A DNA stretch of 64,000 nucleotides from Dehalococcoidia bacterium (GTDB lineage Bacteria; Chloroflexota; Dehalococcoidia; Lucifugimonadales; Australimonadaceae): positions 771,663 through 835,662 of the forward strand of contig OZ241751.1 of the NCBI GenBank assembly GCA_965201135.1, written 5' to 3'. The notes below the pieces were generated by a model, which was not told where the DNA came from, searched no databases, and was given only the letters and a program-made list of their open reading frames with translations. A program made the translations under genes and the position numbers. The stretch's first letter is position 1. Each line of letters starts with the position of its first letter. Shown here piece by piece: positions 20,612 through 28,694 of the stretch.

Positions 20612-20962
20612 CCAGCGCTCAAACGGCGCTCATTTGGCGCTAAAAAGTGCTCAAACGGTGCTCATGCAGTGCTCAAACGGCGCTCAAAAAGCGCTCATTC
20701 GGCGCTCAAAAAGTGCTCACTGCCCCGGCGCGCCCTCCCAAGCCCCCGGCCGCCCGCCGCGCCCTTGAATTCCCATTGCCCCCGACTCCGCAAACGGCGA
20801 TCCGGCCCCCGCCACGCGCTCCTAACCCGCGCCTATGCAATGATATGACAGAAGCCTGTTGCGCACAATCGTCCGCCCTGCTACGATAGACCGACGTCAA
20901 GGGCGCGAACCCCCGCGCCGCAGGAGCGAATGAGCGCTTTTGAGCGCTTTGAGCCAATTTTC
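20612..20962 (+). repeat. phased GCGCTCA array element, copy 2
   Basis: Ten boxes at 20615-20719, TTGCGC-17-TACGAT, then three inverted TGAGC boxes. Confidence 0.8.
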
Positions 20963-21059
20963 GCATCCCGTGCCGCCCGGCGTTGGCCCACGGGGGCGCT
21001 TTGAGGCTGGCATGAAGCGCCTTAAGATGGAGGCGCCCGGTAGAGCGAGGTAACACATA

Positions 21060-22160
21060 ATGGCCACGTTCGACATCATGGTTCTGCCCGGCGACGGCGT
21101 CGGGCCCGAGGTCACGCAGGCGGCGCAGCGCGTCCTCGACGCCGTCGCGGCGCGCGGAGGGCATTCCTTCCGCTACAAAACGGACGTCGTAGGCGGCGGC
21201 GCGATAGACGCCTACGGCGAGCCCCTGCGCGACGAGACCGTCCGCGCCGCGAGGCAGGCCGACGCCGTCCTCTTCGGCGCCGTCGGCGGGCCGAAGTGGG
21301 ACAACGCCCCCGTCCGCCCCGAAGCCGCCATCCTCGGCCTCCGCAAAGCGCTCGGCCTCTACGCCAACATCCGCCCCGTCAAAGTCTTCCCCGGCATGGA
21401 GGGCGCCAGCCCCCTCAAGAACGACCTCGTTCGCGGCGCGGATATGGTCATCATCCGCGAACTCACCGGCGGCCTCTACTACGCGACGCCCAAGAAGCGC
21501 TGGGAGACGAAGGCCGGGCGCAAAGGCGTGGACACGCTCCGCTACGCGGAGAAGGAGATCGAGCGCATCCTCCGCGTCGGATTCCAACTCGCCCGCTCGC
21601 GGCGCCGCAAACTCACCTCCGTCGACAAGGCGAACGTTCTGCAGTCCTCCCGCCTCTGGCGCGACATAGCCAACGAAGTCGCGCGCGACTACCCCGACGT
21701 CGAGTTGGAGCATCAGTTGGTGGACTCCTGCGCGATGCTGCTCGTCACGCGCCCGACGAGTTTCGACGTGATGGTGATGGAGAATATGTTCGGCGACATC
21801 ATCTCCGACGAGGCCGCCGTGCTCTCCGCGTCGCTCGGCATGCTGCCCTCCGCGAGCCTCGCCGGGCTGCCCGGCGAAGACGCGCGCGGCAAGCCCCGCA
21901 AAACGCGCGGCCTCTACGAGCCCAGCCACGGCAGCGCCCCCGACATCGCCGGACAGCGCAAGGCCAACCCCGTCGGCTCCATCCTCAGCGCGGCCTTTAT
22001 GCTGGAGTACTCGTTCGGCCTCGCCGACGAGGCCGCCGCCGTCAACGCCGCCGTCGAGCGCGCGCTGAACGACGGCCACCGCACCGCCGACCTCGTCCCT
22101 CCCGGCGCGGAGTTCTCCACGACGGAGCACATCACCGACATCATCATCGAGCGGCTGTAG
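21060..22160 (+). CDS. leuB: 3-isopropylmalate dehydrogenase
   Basis: LPGDGVGPEV, GAVGGPKWD, RELTGGLYY, SVDKANVL, NMFGDIISDE, LYEPSHGSAPDIAG. Confidence 0.97.
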   Translation: MATFDIMVLPGDGVGPEVTQAAQRVLDAVAARGGHSFRYKTDVVGGGAIDAYGEPLRDETVRAARQADAVLFGAVGGPKWDNAPVRPEAAILGLRKALGLYANIRPVKVFPGMEGASPLKNDLVRGADMVIIRELTGGLYYATPKKRWETKAGRKGVDTLRYAEKEIERILRVGFQLARSRRRKLTSVDKANVLQSSRLWRDIANEVARDYPDVELEHQLVDSCAMLLVTRPTSFDVMVMENMFGDIISDEAAVLSASLGMLPSASLAGLPGEDARGKPRKTRGLYEPSHGSAPDIAGQRKANPVGSILSAAFMLEYSFGLADEAAAVNAAVERALNDGHRTADLVPPGAEFSTTEHITDIIIERL

Positions 22161-22255
22161 CCCGCGACGCCGGGGATCAGCGCGCCGGCCGCCGCCGCGG
22201 TCGGCGCCGCGCAAGCCCTCTCTGCTATGATGCGCCCAACGAAAGGAGGACGGCG

Positions 22256-23182
22256 ATGAAACTCATACTCAGCAGGAAGGGCTTCGACACCGGGAGCGGC
22301 GGCAAAGCCAGCCCCATCTTCCCCGACGGCACGATGTTCTCGCTGCCGATACCCGTTGCCGCCGACAAGATCACCTATGGCGAGTTGCGCCACGTCAGCG
22401 AAGACTTGGGCGTGATCAACATCGGCGATGTCGTCAAAGACCTCACGAGCGGGCGTTACGGCCCTGACAGCCGCGCGCACCTTGACCCCCACCTCAACAT
22501 CAGAACCTACCCTGAAGTCGCGGGCTCGAAGCAGGCCAAGAACTGGCGGGGGTTGTTAGGACAAGAAGACAAGGCCCAGGGTCACCTGAACAACCAAGGC
22601 GTGGGCAAGGGCGACCTGTTCCTATTCTTTGGTCTCTACAAGCATGTGGAGCGCGTTGATCAGGGTGACCGCAAGTGGCGCTTCACGCGCGAACCGTGCC
22701 GGCATGTCCTCTGGGGCTGGCTGCAGATAGGAGAAAAGTACGACCTGAATTCGCCAGAGCGATACCAGGTGCCGTCGTGGGCCCACTACCAGCCGCATAT
22801 GCACTACCCCAACGACGCGAACAACACTCTCCACGTCGCCTCCGACACCCTGGAATTGGGAACCGGCCCCGTGACCATGCCTGACGGAGGTGTCGCCCCC
22901 GGGTGGGGACGGTTCCCGCGGTTCGACGAGCGCTTGCTCCTGACGAACCCGGACGGGGCAAGCGTCACCCAATGGCGATTGCCTTCGTGGTTCTACCCTT
23001 CCGCCGACAAGAAAATGCTGAGTTGGCATGGGAACAACCGTGAGCGATGGACGCCTCCGCCCGACGCCAAATACGCCTACCTCAACAGCCAGTCCCGCGG
23101 CCAAGAGTTCGTCTTGGACTGCGACCACTACCCCGAAGCCATCGGCTGGGCGCGCGGCCTCATCCGCGACCTCGGGGCGTGA
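22256..23182 (+). CDS. nucleotide modification-associated domain 3 (Nmad3)-like protein
   Basis: MKLILSRKGFDTGSGGKASPIFPDGTMFSLPIP, AHLDP, AQGHLNNQGVGKGDLFLFFG, HVLWGWLQI, RGQEFVL; AAGGAGG RBS. Confidence 0.8.
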   Translation: MKLILSRKGFDTGSGGKASPIFPDGTMFSLPIPVAADKITYGELRHVSEDLGVINIGDVVKDLTSGRYGPDSRAHLDPHLNIRTYPEVAGSKQAKNWRGLLGQEDKAQGHLNNQGVGKGDLFLFFGLYKHVERVDQGDRKWRFTREPCRHVLWGWLQIGEKYDLNSPERYQVPSWAHYQPHMHYPNDANNTLHVASDTLELGTGPVTMPDGGVAPGWGRFPRFDERLLLTNPDGASVTQWRLPSWFYPSADKKMLSWHGNNRERWTPPPDAKYAYLNSQSRGQEFVLDCDHYPEAIGWARGLIRDLGA

Positions 23183-23204
23183 TGATCCGCAAGCGCGACG
23201 GGAG

Positions 23205-23906
23205 ATGAGCGACGTCACCACGATATACCCCAGCGACGCGGACTACCCGGAGCCCGTGCGCTCGGCGATGAAGCCGCCGACGCTGTACGCCGTCGGCAAT
23301 CTCGACCTGCTCGAGCGCGACGCCATCGGAATATGCGGCTCCCGCGACGCGTCCCCCGAAGCGTTGCGGTATGCCTTCGCCTTCGGGCGCGAGGCGGCGG
23401 AGCGCGATTTCGTCGTGGTCAGCGGCTACGCCAAAGGGGTCGACCGGCAAGCGCACCTGGGCGCGCTGGAGGCCGGGGGAAGAACGATAGCGGCGCTCCC
23501 CGAAGGGATCGGGGGATTCCGCGTCGCGCGGGAGTTGCGCCCGCTCGTGGATATGGAGGACAACTTCCTCGCCGTGTCTATGTTCGAGCCCGCCGCTCCG
23601 TGGCGGGCATGGCGGGCGATGGAGCGCAACAAGTTGATCGTCGGCCTCTCGCAAGGGCTTTTCGTCGTCGAGGCGAACGAGCGCGGGGGAACGATCAACG
23701 CCGCGATGGAATGCGCCCGCCAGCGCAAACCGCTTTGGGCTGTGGCATACTCGAAAAGCGAAATCGGAAGAGAAGGCAACAGAATGCTCCTCCGGCAGGA
23801 TATGGCCTTGCCGCTGGAGCGGCTGAGCGATGTCCGGGACGCCTTGGAGAAGGCCGCGTCGGGAACGGCGCAGCGCGCCGGACAGATAACGATGGCGATG
23901 GGCTAG
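23205..23906 (+). CDS. DprA/SMF-like (SLOG superfamily) Rossmann-fold protein, core domain only
   Basis: PPTLYAVGN, IGICGSR, VVSGYAKGVDRQAHLGAL, AMERNKLIVGLS, VVEANERGGT. Confidence 0.88.
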   Translation: MSDVTTIYPSDADYPEPVRSAMKPPTLYAVGNLDLLERDAIGICGSRDASPEALRYAFAFGREAAERDFVVVSGYAKGVDRQAHLGALEAGGRTIAALPEGIGGFRVARELRPLVDMEDNFLAVSMFEPAAPWRAWRAMERNKLIVGLSQGLFVVEANERGGTINAAMECARQRKPLWAVAYSKSEIGREGNRMLLRQDMALPLERLSDVRDALEKAASGTAQRAGQITMAMG

Positions 23907-23923
23907 GGAGAACCAACCGCAAA

Positions 23924-24361
23924 ATGACCATCCGACTCGAAATCGTAACCGCCGAGCGCGTGCTCTTCGAAGGCGACGTGGACGCAATCGCCGCCCCGGG
24001 CGTCGAGGGCGAGATCGGCGTCCTGCCCCAGCACGCCGCCCTGATGACCGCCCTCCAGCCGGGCGACCTCCGCTACCGCGTGGGAGACAACGAGGAGGAC
24101 TTCGCCGTCACCGGCGGCTTCCTCGACGTGCGCGGCGACCGCGTGTCCGTCCTCGCCGACGCCGCCGAGCGGCTCGACGAGATCGACGTCGTCCGCGCCG
24201 AGGAGGCCGTCGCCCGGGCGCGCCAGCGCATCGCCGAGCACACGGGCGACGTCGACTTGGAGCGCGCCCTCCGCTCCCTGCGGCGCGGGCAAGCGCGGCT
24301 GGGCGTTTCGCGCCGCCGACGCCGGCCGACCGGCGCCCCTCCCCGCGAAGGCGTCGTCTAG
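23924..24361 (+). CDS. atpC: F0F1 ATP synthase epsilon subunit
   Basis: LEIVTAER, APGVEGEIGVLPQHAALMTAL, GGFLDV, VLADAAERLDEID. Confidence 0.95.
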   Translation: MTIRLEIVTAERVLFEGDVDAIAAPGVEGEIGVLPQHAALMTALQPGDLRYRVGDNEEDFAVTGGFLDVRGDRVSVLADAAERLDEIDVVRAEEAVARARQRIAEHTGDVDLERALRSLRRGQARLGVSRRRRRPTGAPPREGVV

Positions 24362-25014
24362 CGCCGCTCCCCGCGCTCCTGCCCGCCGCGCGGATTCAGG
24401 TAGTACGTCATCGACTGAAGCGAAACGACCGGGTCCACGTTCTGCACGTGCACCCCGCTGGGCACGACCGCCGACTTGGGCGCGTAGTTCAGAATCGCCT
24501 TGACGTCGGACTCCACGAGGCGGTCTATCACCTCCTGCGCCGCCCCGGCGGGAACCGCGACGATCGCTATGGACACGCCCTCCGCGTCGGCCACCTCGCG
24601 GAAGTTGGCGACGTCGTGAACGAGAAGCCCGCCCGCCACCTGCCCAATCACCTGCGGATTCGAGTCGAACGCGCAGACGACGCGAAACCCCTCCGGGGCG
24701 AACCCGGGATAACTGATGATCGACCTGCCGAGCCGCCCGACGCCGACGACCGCCACGTTCCACGTCTTGTCCAGCCCGAGGATGCCGCGCAGTTGCCGGA
24801 TGAGCCGCTGAACGCCGTACCCTCTCCCCTGCTTTCCGAAGCGCCCGAAATAACTGAGGTCCTTGCGAATCTGGGCGGGCGTGATCCGCAGAAGTTCCCC
24901 CAACTGCTGCGAACTGACGACCTCCAGCCCCGCCTCGCTCAGGTGCGCGAGGGCGCGGAGATACTGCGGCAGCCGCTCGACGACCACGCTCGGAACCGCC
25001 GCGTCATTGGACAT
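24358..25014 (-). CDS. rex: redox-sensing transcriptional repressor Rex
   Basis: RLPQYLRAL, QIRKDLSYFGRFGKQGRGY, VGVGRLG, ILNYAP. Confidence 0.96.
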   Translation of the reverse strand: MSNDAAVPSVVVERLPQYLRALAHLSEAGLEVVSSQQLGELLRITPAQIRKDLSYFGRFGKQGRGYGVQRLIRQLRGILGLDKTWNVAVVGVGRLGRSIISYPGFAPEGFRVVCAFDSNPQVIGQVAGGLLVHDVANFREVADAEGVSIAIVAVPAGAAQEVIDRLVESDVKAILNYAPKSAVVPSGVHVQNVDPVVSLQSMTYYLNPRGGQERGERR

Positions 25015-25028
25015 CCCCGCGCTCCCTC

Positions 25029-25046
25029 TTGCGAAGCGTTTCGCCC
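25029..25046. promoter_or_regulatory. possible Rex operator upstream of rex
   Basis: TTGCGAA-GCGT-TTCGCCC resembles TTGTGAA-N4-TTCACAA and sits between a minus-strand TATTAT -10 box and the start codon. Confidence 0.4.
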
Positions 25047-25068
25047 ATAATAGCAGCGCGCCCGCCCC

Positions 25069-25340
25069 ACGACCGGGCGCGTCGCGCCGTCATTCCTACC
25101 CTTACCGTCATTCCCGCGTAGGCGGGAATCCATTCGGCGCGACAGCGCCACAGACGGGCGCAGCGCCGACATACCCCCCTCTCCTTATAGAGTCCCTTTG
25201 CATAACTCCGTTTCAGCCCGCAATCTTAATGTTAGGAGTGAATTGGGGCGCCCCGGCTCTGCGGCGGGGGGTTATGCAAAGGTCTCCGTAGGGAGAGGGG
25301 GATATAGGGGTAGGTTCCCGCTTTCGCGGGAAATGACGAG
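25069..25340. repeat. REP-like repeat cluster containing a MITE
   Basis: Same modules. Confidence 0.85.
25190..25286. mobile_element. MITE with IS5-type ends (97 bp, degenerate)
   Basis: GAGTCCCTTTGCATAAC...GTTATGCAAAGGTCTC; the two flanks do not form a clean TSD. Confidence 0.85.
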
Positions 25341-25365
25341 GCGCGTCTCGCGGGCAGAGAGAGAG

Positions 25366-25397
25366 AAGAGCCCCCGCGCTGCAGCGCGGGGGCTCTT
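25366..25397 (-). terminator. hairpin downstream of tRNA-Asp
   Basis: AAGAGCCCCCGCGC-TGCA-GCGCGGGGGCTCTT. Confidence 0.65.
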
Positions 25398-25410
25398 TCG
25401 CTGTCGCGGA

Positions 25411-25489
25411 TGGCGACCCGGACCGGATTTGAACCGGCGATCTCCGCCTTGACAGGGCGGTGTGTTAAACCAGGCTACACCACCGGGCC
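25411..25489 (-). tRNA. tRNA-Asp(GTC)
   Basis: GGCCCGG..CCGGGTC-GCCA, anticodon loop CTGTCAA, GGTTCAAATCC. Confidence 0.96.
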
Positions 25490-25519
25490 GCGCTAGCGAG
25501 CCCCGGCTCCGCCGGGGCG

Positions 25520-25753
25520 TCAGAACGCTCAGCCGACGCCATGATACCCCACGATGACGAGGTCGCCCTCCACCATCACGGGCGTCATGCGCTCGCCACC
25601 GGTGAGCCGCTCCAACTCTCCGACTAGGTCGGGACGCTCCTCCAGGTCGACTTGCCGGTACGCGACCCCGTCCTTGTCGAGGTCGTGCAGCAGCGCGTCC
25701 GAGTAGGAGCAGTCGGGCCGCGTATAGACGACGAGCGCAGGTTCGCTGACCAT
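25520..25753 (-). CDS. Uxx-star family glutaredoxin-like protein, probable selenoprotein (77 aa if UGA = Sec)
   Basis: VYTRPDCSYS...GGERMTPVMVEG..VGYHGVG-TGA-GCG-TTC-TGA, followed by a GC-rich hairpin. Confidence 0.8.
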
Positions 25754-26105
25754 CCTTGGGGGATAGGATAGCAGATTGCGGGGCGCGGCGCCATCCCCCT
25801 GCGCGATGAAAGTTGGGCGGGGAGGCAAGAGAGGGCTCCGCTTGCGCGGGCAAGCGTCGAAGGTCCCTTCCCTTTAAGGGTGGCATCATTTGGCATCATT
25901 TTGACTCATTTACTCCTGCGCTCCGGGGGCGGATGAGGCCAATTCGGGGCCGAAACGGGGCGTTTAGGGCCGATTTGGGGCGAAATGAGGCCAGATGGAG
26001 CCGCCGACAAGGGGCGTCTGGTCCGCAGCGGGGGCACTGAGCGCGAGGATCATAGGGACAGCTTAGGAGAAAAGGGGCGGACGGCGCAAGGGGGAGTTGT
26101 CTCAG

Positions 26106-26425
26106 CAGGGGTAGGTTCCCGCTTTCGCGGGAATGACGCGGCCCCGGGGATGTGTAGAGGGGCGGGGCGCGCGGCGCCCCGCCCCTTCTCATTCGACCGC
26201 CCCGACCGCAGTACCCTCTCCCGCCGCGTTCGCGGCGTCCTCTCCCCTTATAGGAGTCCTTTGCATAACTCAGTTTCAGCCTGCAATTCCTCTTGATGTT
26301 AGGAGTGAATTGAGGCGCCCCGGCTCTGCGGCATGGGGTTATGCAAAGGTCTCTATAGAGAGAGGGGGAATTGGGCGCTTGCGCGCCGAAATGGGGCGAG
26401 ATTTCCGCCTACGCGGGAATGACGA
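26106..26425. repeat. REP-like repeat cluster containing a MITE
   Basis: Same modules. Confidence 0.85.
26254..26353. mobile_element. 100-bp MITE with IS5-type ends
   Basis: GAGTCCTTTGCATAAC...GTTATGCAAAGGTCTC, TSD TATAG. Confidence 0.92.
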
Positions 26426-26467
26426 ACCTGGGGGCGGGAATCCAGAGGCGCCGTAGAGAGTAGAGAG

Positions 26468-26511
26468 AACGGCCTGCGCGTCCTGCTGATCGGCGGGGCG
26501 CGCAGGCCGTC
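26468..26511 (-). terminator. hairpin after the secreted repeat-protein gene
   Basis: ACGGCCTGCGCG...CGCGCAGGCCGT, followed on the minus strand by TCTCTC. Confidence 0.55.
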
Positions 26512-26517
26512 AGCACG

Positions 26518-28236
26518 CTAACTCGCCGGGCTAGCGGGGGTAGTAGGCGTTGTGGGGGTTGTAGGCGTGGTAGGAGTCGTCGGCGTAGTAGGCGGGGTGG
26601 GGGGAGTTATAGGCGCAGTAGGCCTGATCGTGGGGTTGCCGCGCTCCGCGCGCACCTCGTCTTGCGCCGCGTTGAAGCCGTAGGCCGTCCCGTTGCGGAA
26701 CGCTAGGCCGTCGGCTAGCCCCGAGTCACGCTTGACCACCTCCCAGTTGTTCACCCACGTCGCCGGAGACGTCTTCAGGTGAGACGCTATGACCATCACA
26801 ATGTTCCCGCCGGACAAGCCGTACAGGTTACCGTTCTGATGAGTCAGGCCCGCGACGGGCGCGTTCATTCGGTAGGTTCCGATATGCGCGCCGGTTGTCC
26901 CGTTCAGTTTCACGAGAATGTTGCGGGCGGGAGAGTCGAGGGCGACCCAGATATGGGTTCCGTCGTGGGCGACGCCGTTGGGGGTGTAGCCGAGCGCGTT
27001 GGGGATGCAGAAGGGCGTCGCCGACACGGAGGTGGTCGCGTCCGTTTGCGGAATCCATTTGTAGACGTGGGGAACGCGGACGGCGACGCGGGAGCCGTCG
27101 GCGAACGCAATGGCCTCGGCGCGGGAGACTGCTGCTGCGATGAGGTGTGTTCCGTCGGAGGTCAGTCCACGGATCTCTGCGGCTGGCTTTTTGATGCGGC
27201 TTGGGGACGGAGAGGGCGGCGTTGTTCCATCGTTATTGAAGACGTGGATGTAGCCGTCGCCTGAGTGTCCGCCCACGTACCACTTGTTGCCCAACCGCGC
27301 CAGACTCTGCGGATTCAAGTTCCCGATGCTGGGCGTGAGCGCGAAGAGCCGCTCCGCAGACGGTTGCCGCGCCTTCCGCACTTTGTCCCGGGCGGCGTTG
27401 AAGCCGTAGGCCACGCCGTTGCGGAACACCAGGCCGTTGCGAATCTCGACCGCCCGCCGGACGATTTCCCAGTTGTTCGCGCTCGTGGTCGAAAGCGAGG
27501 TTGGGGATATGCGCATCAAGTCGCCGCCCCCGGTGGCGTACAGGTAGCCGTTCTCGTACACCAGCGCGCCAGCCCACTGGTTCGTTTGGTAGAGCGTGTC
27601 TCCCAAGAGGTTCAACTTCAGCAGCCCGTGCTTGGATTGCCTGTTGGCTCCTGGCCAAGACACGGCTACCCACGTGTCCGTTCCGTCGTGGGCGACCCCA
27701 TCGACGTGGTGCTGCCCACCCCCAGGCGGCGCAGGCAACCGAATAACGGCGGAATACGAGGGAACAAGGGCGCCGTTCGTCTGGGGCGTCCACTCGTACA
27801 CGGTCGCCTGATTCGTGACGGCGATGAGTTTCGTTCCGTCGGTCGCGAGGCCGCGGACGACGCCGCTATTGTAGACGAATGCGCCGCCCCCCACCCCTGA
27901 GTTGCCCGCCACTCTGATACGCCGCTCGTAGGTTCCCGAGTCCGAGAAGATGTGGATGTGGTTATCCGCGTAGGCATTGGGTCCAAAGCCGCCCACATAC
28001 CACTTGTTCCCCAACCGCGTCAGACTCCGCGGGTTCTTCAATGTCCCAATATGCGGCTTGATGGCGAACGACTCCGGCCCCGGCGCCGGCGTGGCCGTGG
28101 CGGTGGGAGTCGCCGTGGCGGCGGTTGTCGCCGTCGAGTCGCCGCCGGTTTGGGCGACAGCGGGGCTGGGAGCGACGGCGACGGCGAAGCCGATGACGGC
28201 GAGCGCCGCAAAGACTGCGAGCATTCTGGTCAGCAT
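26518..28236 (-). CDS. secreted protein with two tandem beta-propeller-like domains and Pro/Thr-rich linkers
   Basis: Signal peptide ending AVAQ; duplicated units SL.RLGNKWYVGG...GVAHDGT..WVA...NNWE.V...FRNG.AYGFNAA; (PTT)n tail; GGAGG RBS. Confidence 0.8.
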   Translation of the reverse strand: MLTRMLAVFAALAVIGFAVAVAPSPAVAQTGGDSTATTAATATPTATATPAPGPESFAIKPHIGTLKNPRSLTRLGNKWYVGGFGPNAYADNHIHIFSDSGTYERRIRVAGNSGVGGGAFVYNSGVVRGLATDGTKLIAVTNQATVYEWTPQTNGALVPSYSAVIRLPAPPGGGQHHVDGVAHDGTDTWVAVSWPGANRQSKHGLLKLNLLGDTLYQTNQWAGALVYENGYLYATGGGDLMRISPTSLSTTSANNWEIVRRAVEIRNGLVFRNGVAYGFNAARDKVRKARQPSAERLFALTPSIGNLNPQSLARLGNKWYVGGHSGDGYIHVFNNDGTTPPSPSPSRIKKPAAEIRGLTSDGTHLIAAAVSRAEAIAFADGSRVAVRVPHVYKWIPQTDATTSVSATPFCIPNALGYTPNGVAHDGTHIWVALDSPARNILVKLNGTTGAHIGTYRMNAPVAGLTHQNGNLYGLSGGNIVMVIASHLKTSPATWVNNWEVVKRDSGLADGLAFRNGTAYGFNAAQDEVRAERGNPTIRPTAPITPPTPPTTPTTPTTPTTPTTPTTPASPAS

Positions 28237-28379
28237 ACGATTGAGCCTCCTGATGCTAAGGTTTGCGGCGAGGCGTCTCCGCCAAAGCCGCGCGGAACGT
28301 AGCATAGCGGGGGAGTGTCAACCCTATGCGCTCGTTCGGCGCGCGTGAGGCGGCATTGGGGGTTAGGGGCGGCGCAGCC

Positions 28380-28566
28380 GGTAGGTTCCCGCTTTCGCGG
28401 GAAATGACGAGGCGCCTGGGAGACAAGGGCGACGGGGCGCGATGCGCCTCGTCCGCAGTACCCTCTCCCGCCGCGTTCGCGGCGTCCTCTCCCCTTCTAG
28501 GGAGAGGGGGATGCGGCGCTTGCGCGCCCGAAGGGGGCGGGATTCCCGCCTACGCGGGAATGACGG
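28380..28566. repeat. REP-like palindromic repeat cluster
   Basis: Same modules. Confidence 0.85.
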
Positions 28567-28694
28567 TAAGGGGGCTGCGCACCGTCTCTGGGATTGGCGC
28601 GTAGGGCGGCTAGGCGCCTGAGGGGCTCCGCCCATTCCTAGGGAGCGGCGCCCTGCGCGGCCGCGCCGCGCAATGCGCGTAGACTCTCCTCACT

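Noticed and set aside
21296..23182. 628-aa ORF as a single protein
   Set aside because: The first 320 codons overlap leuB out of frame; the real start is ATG 22256 with a strong RBS.
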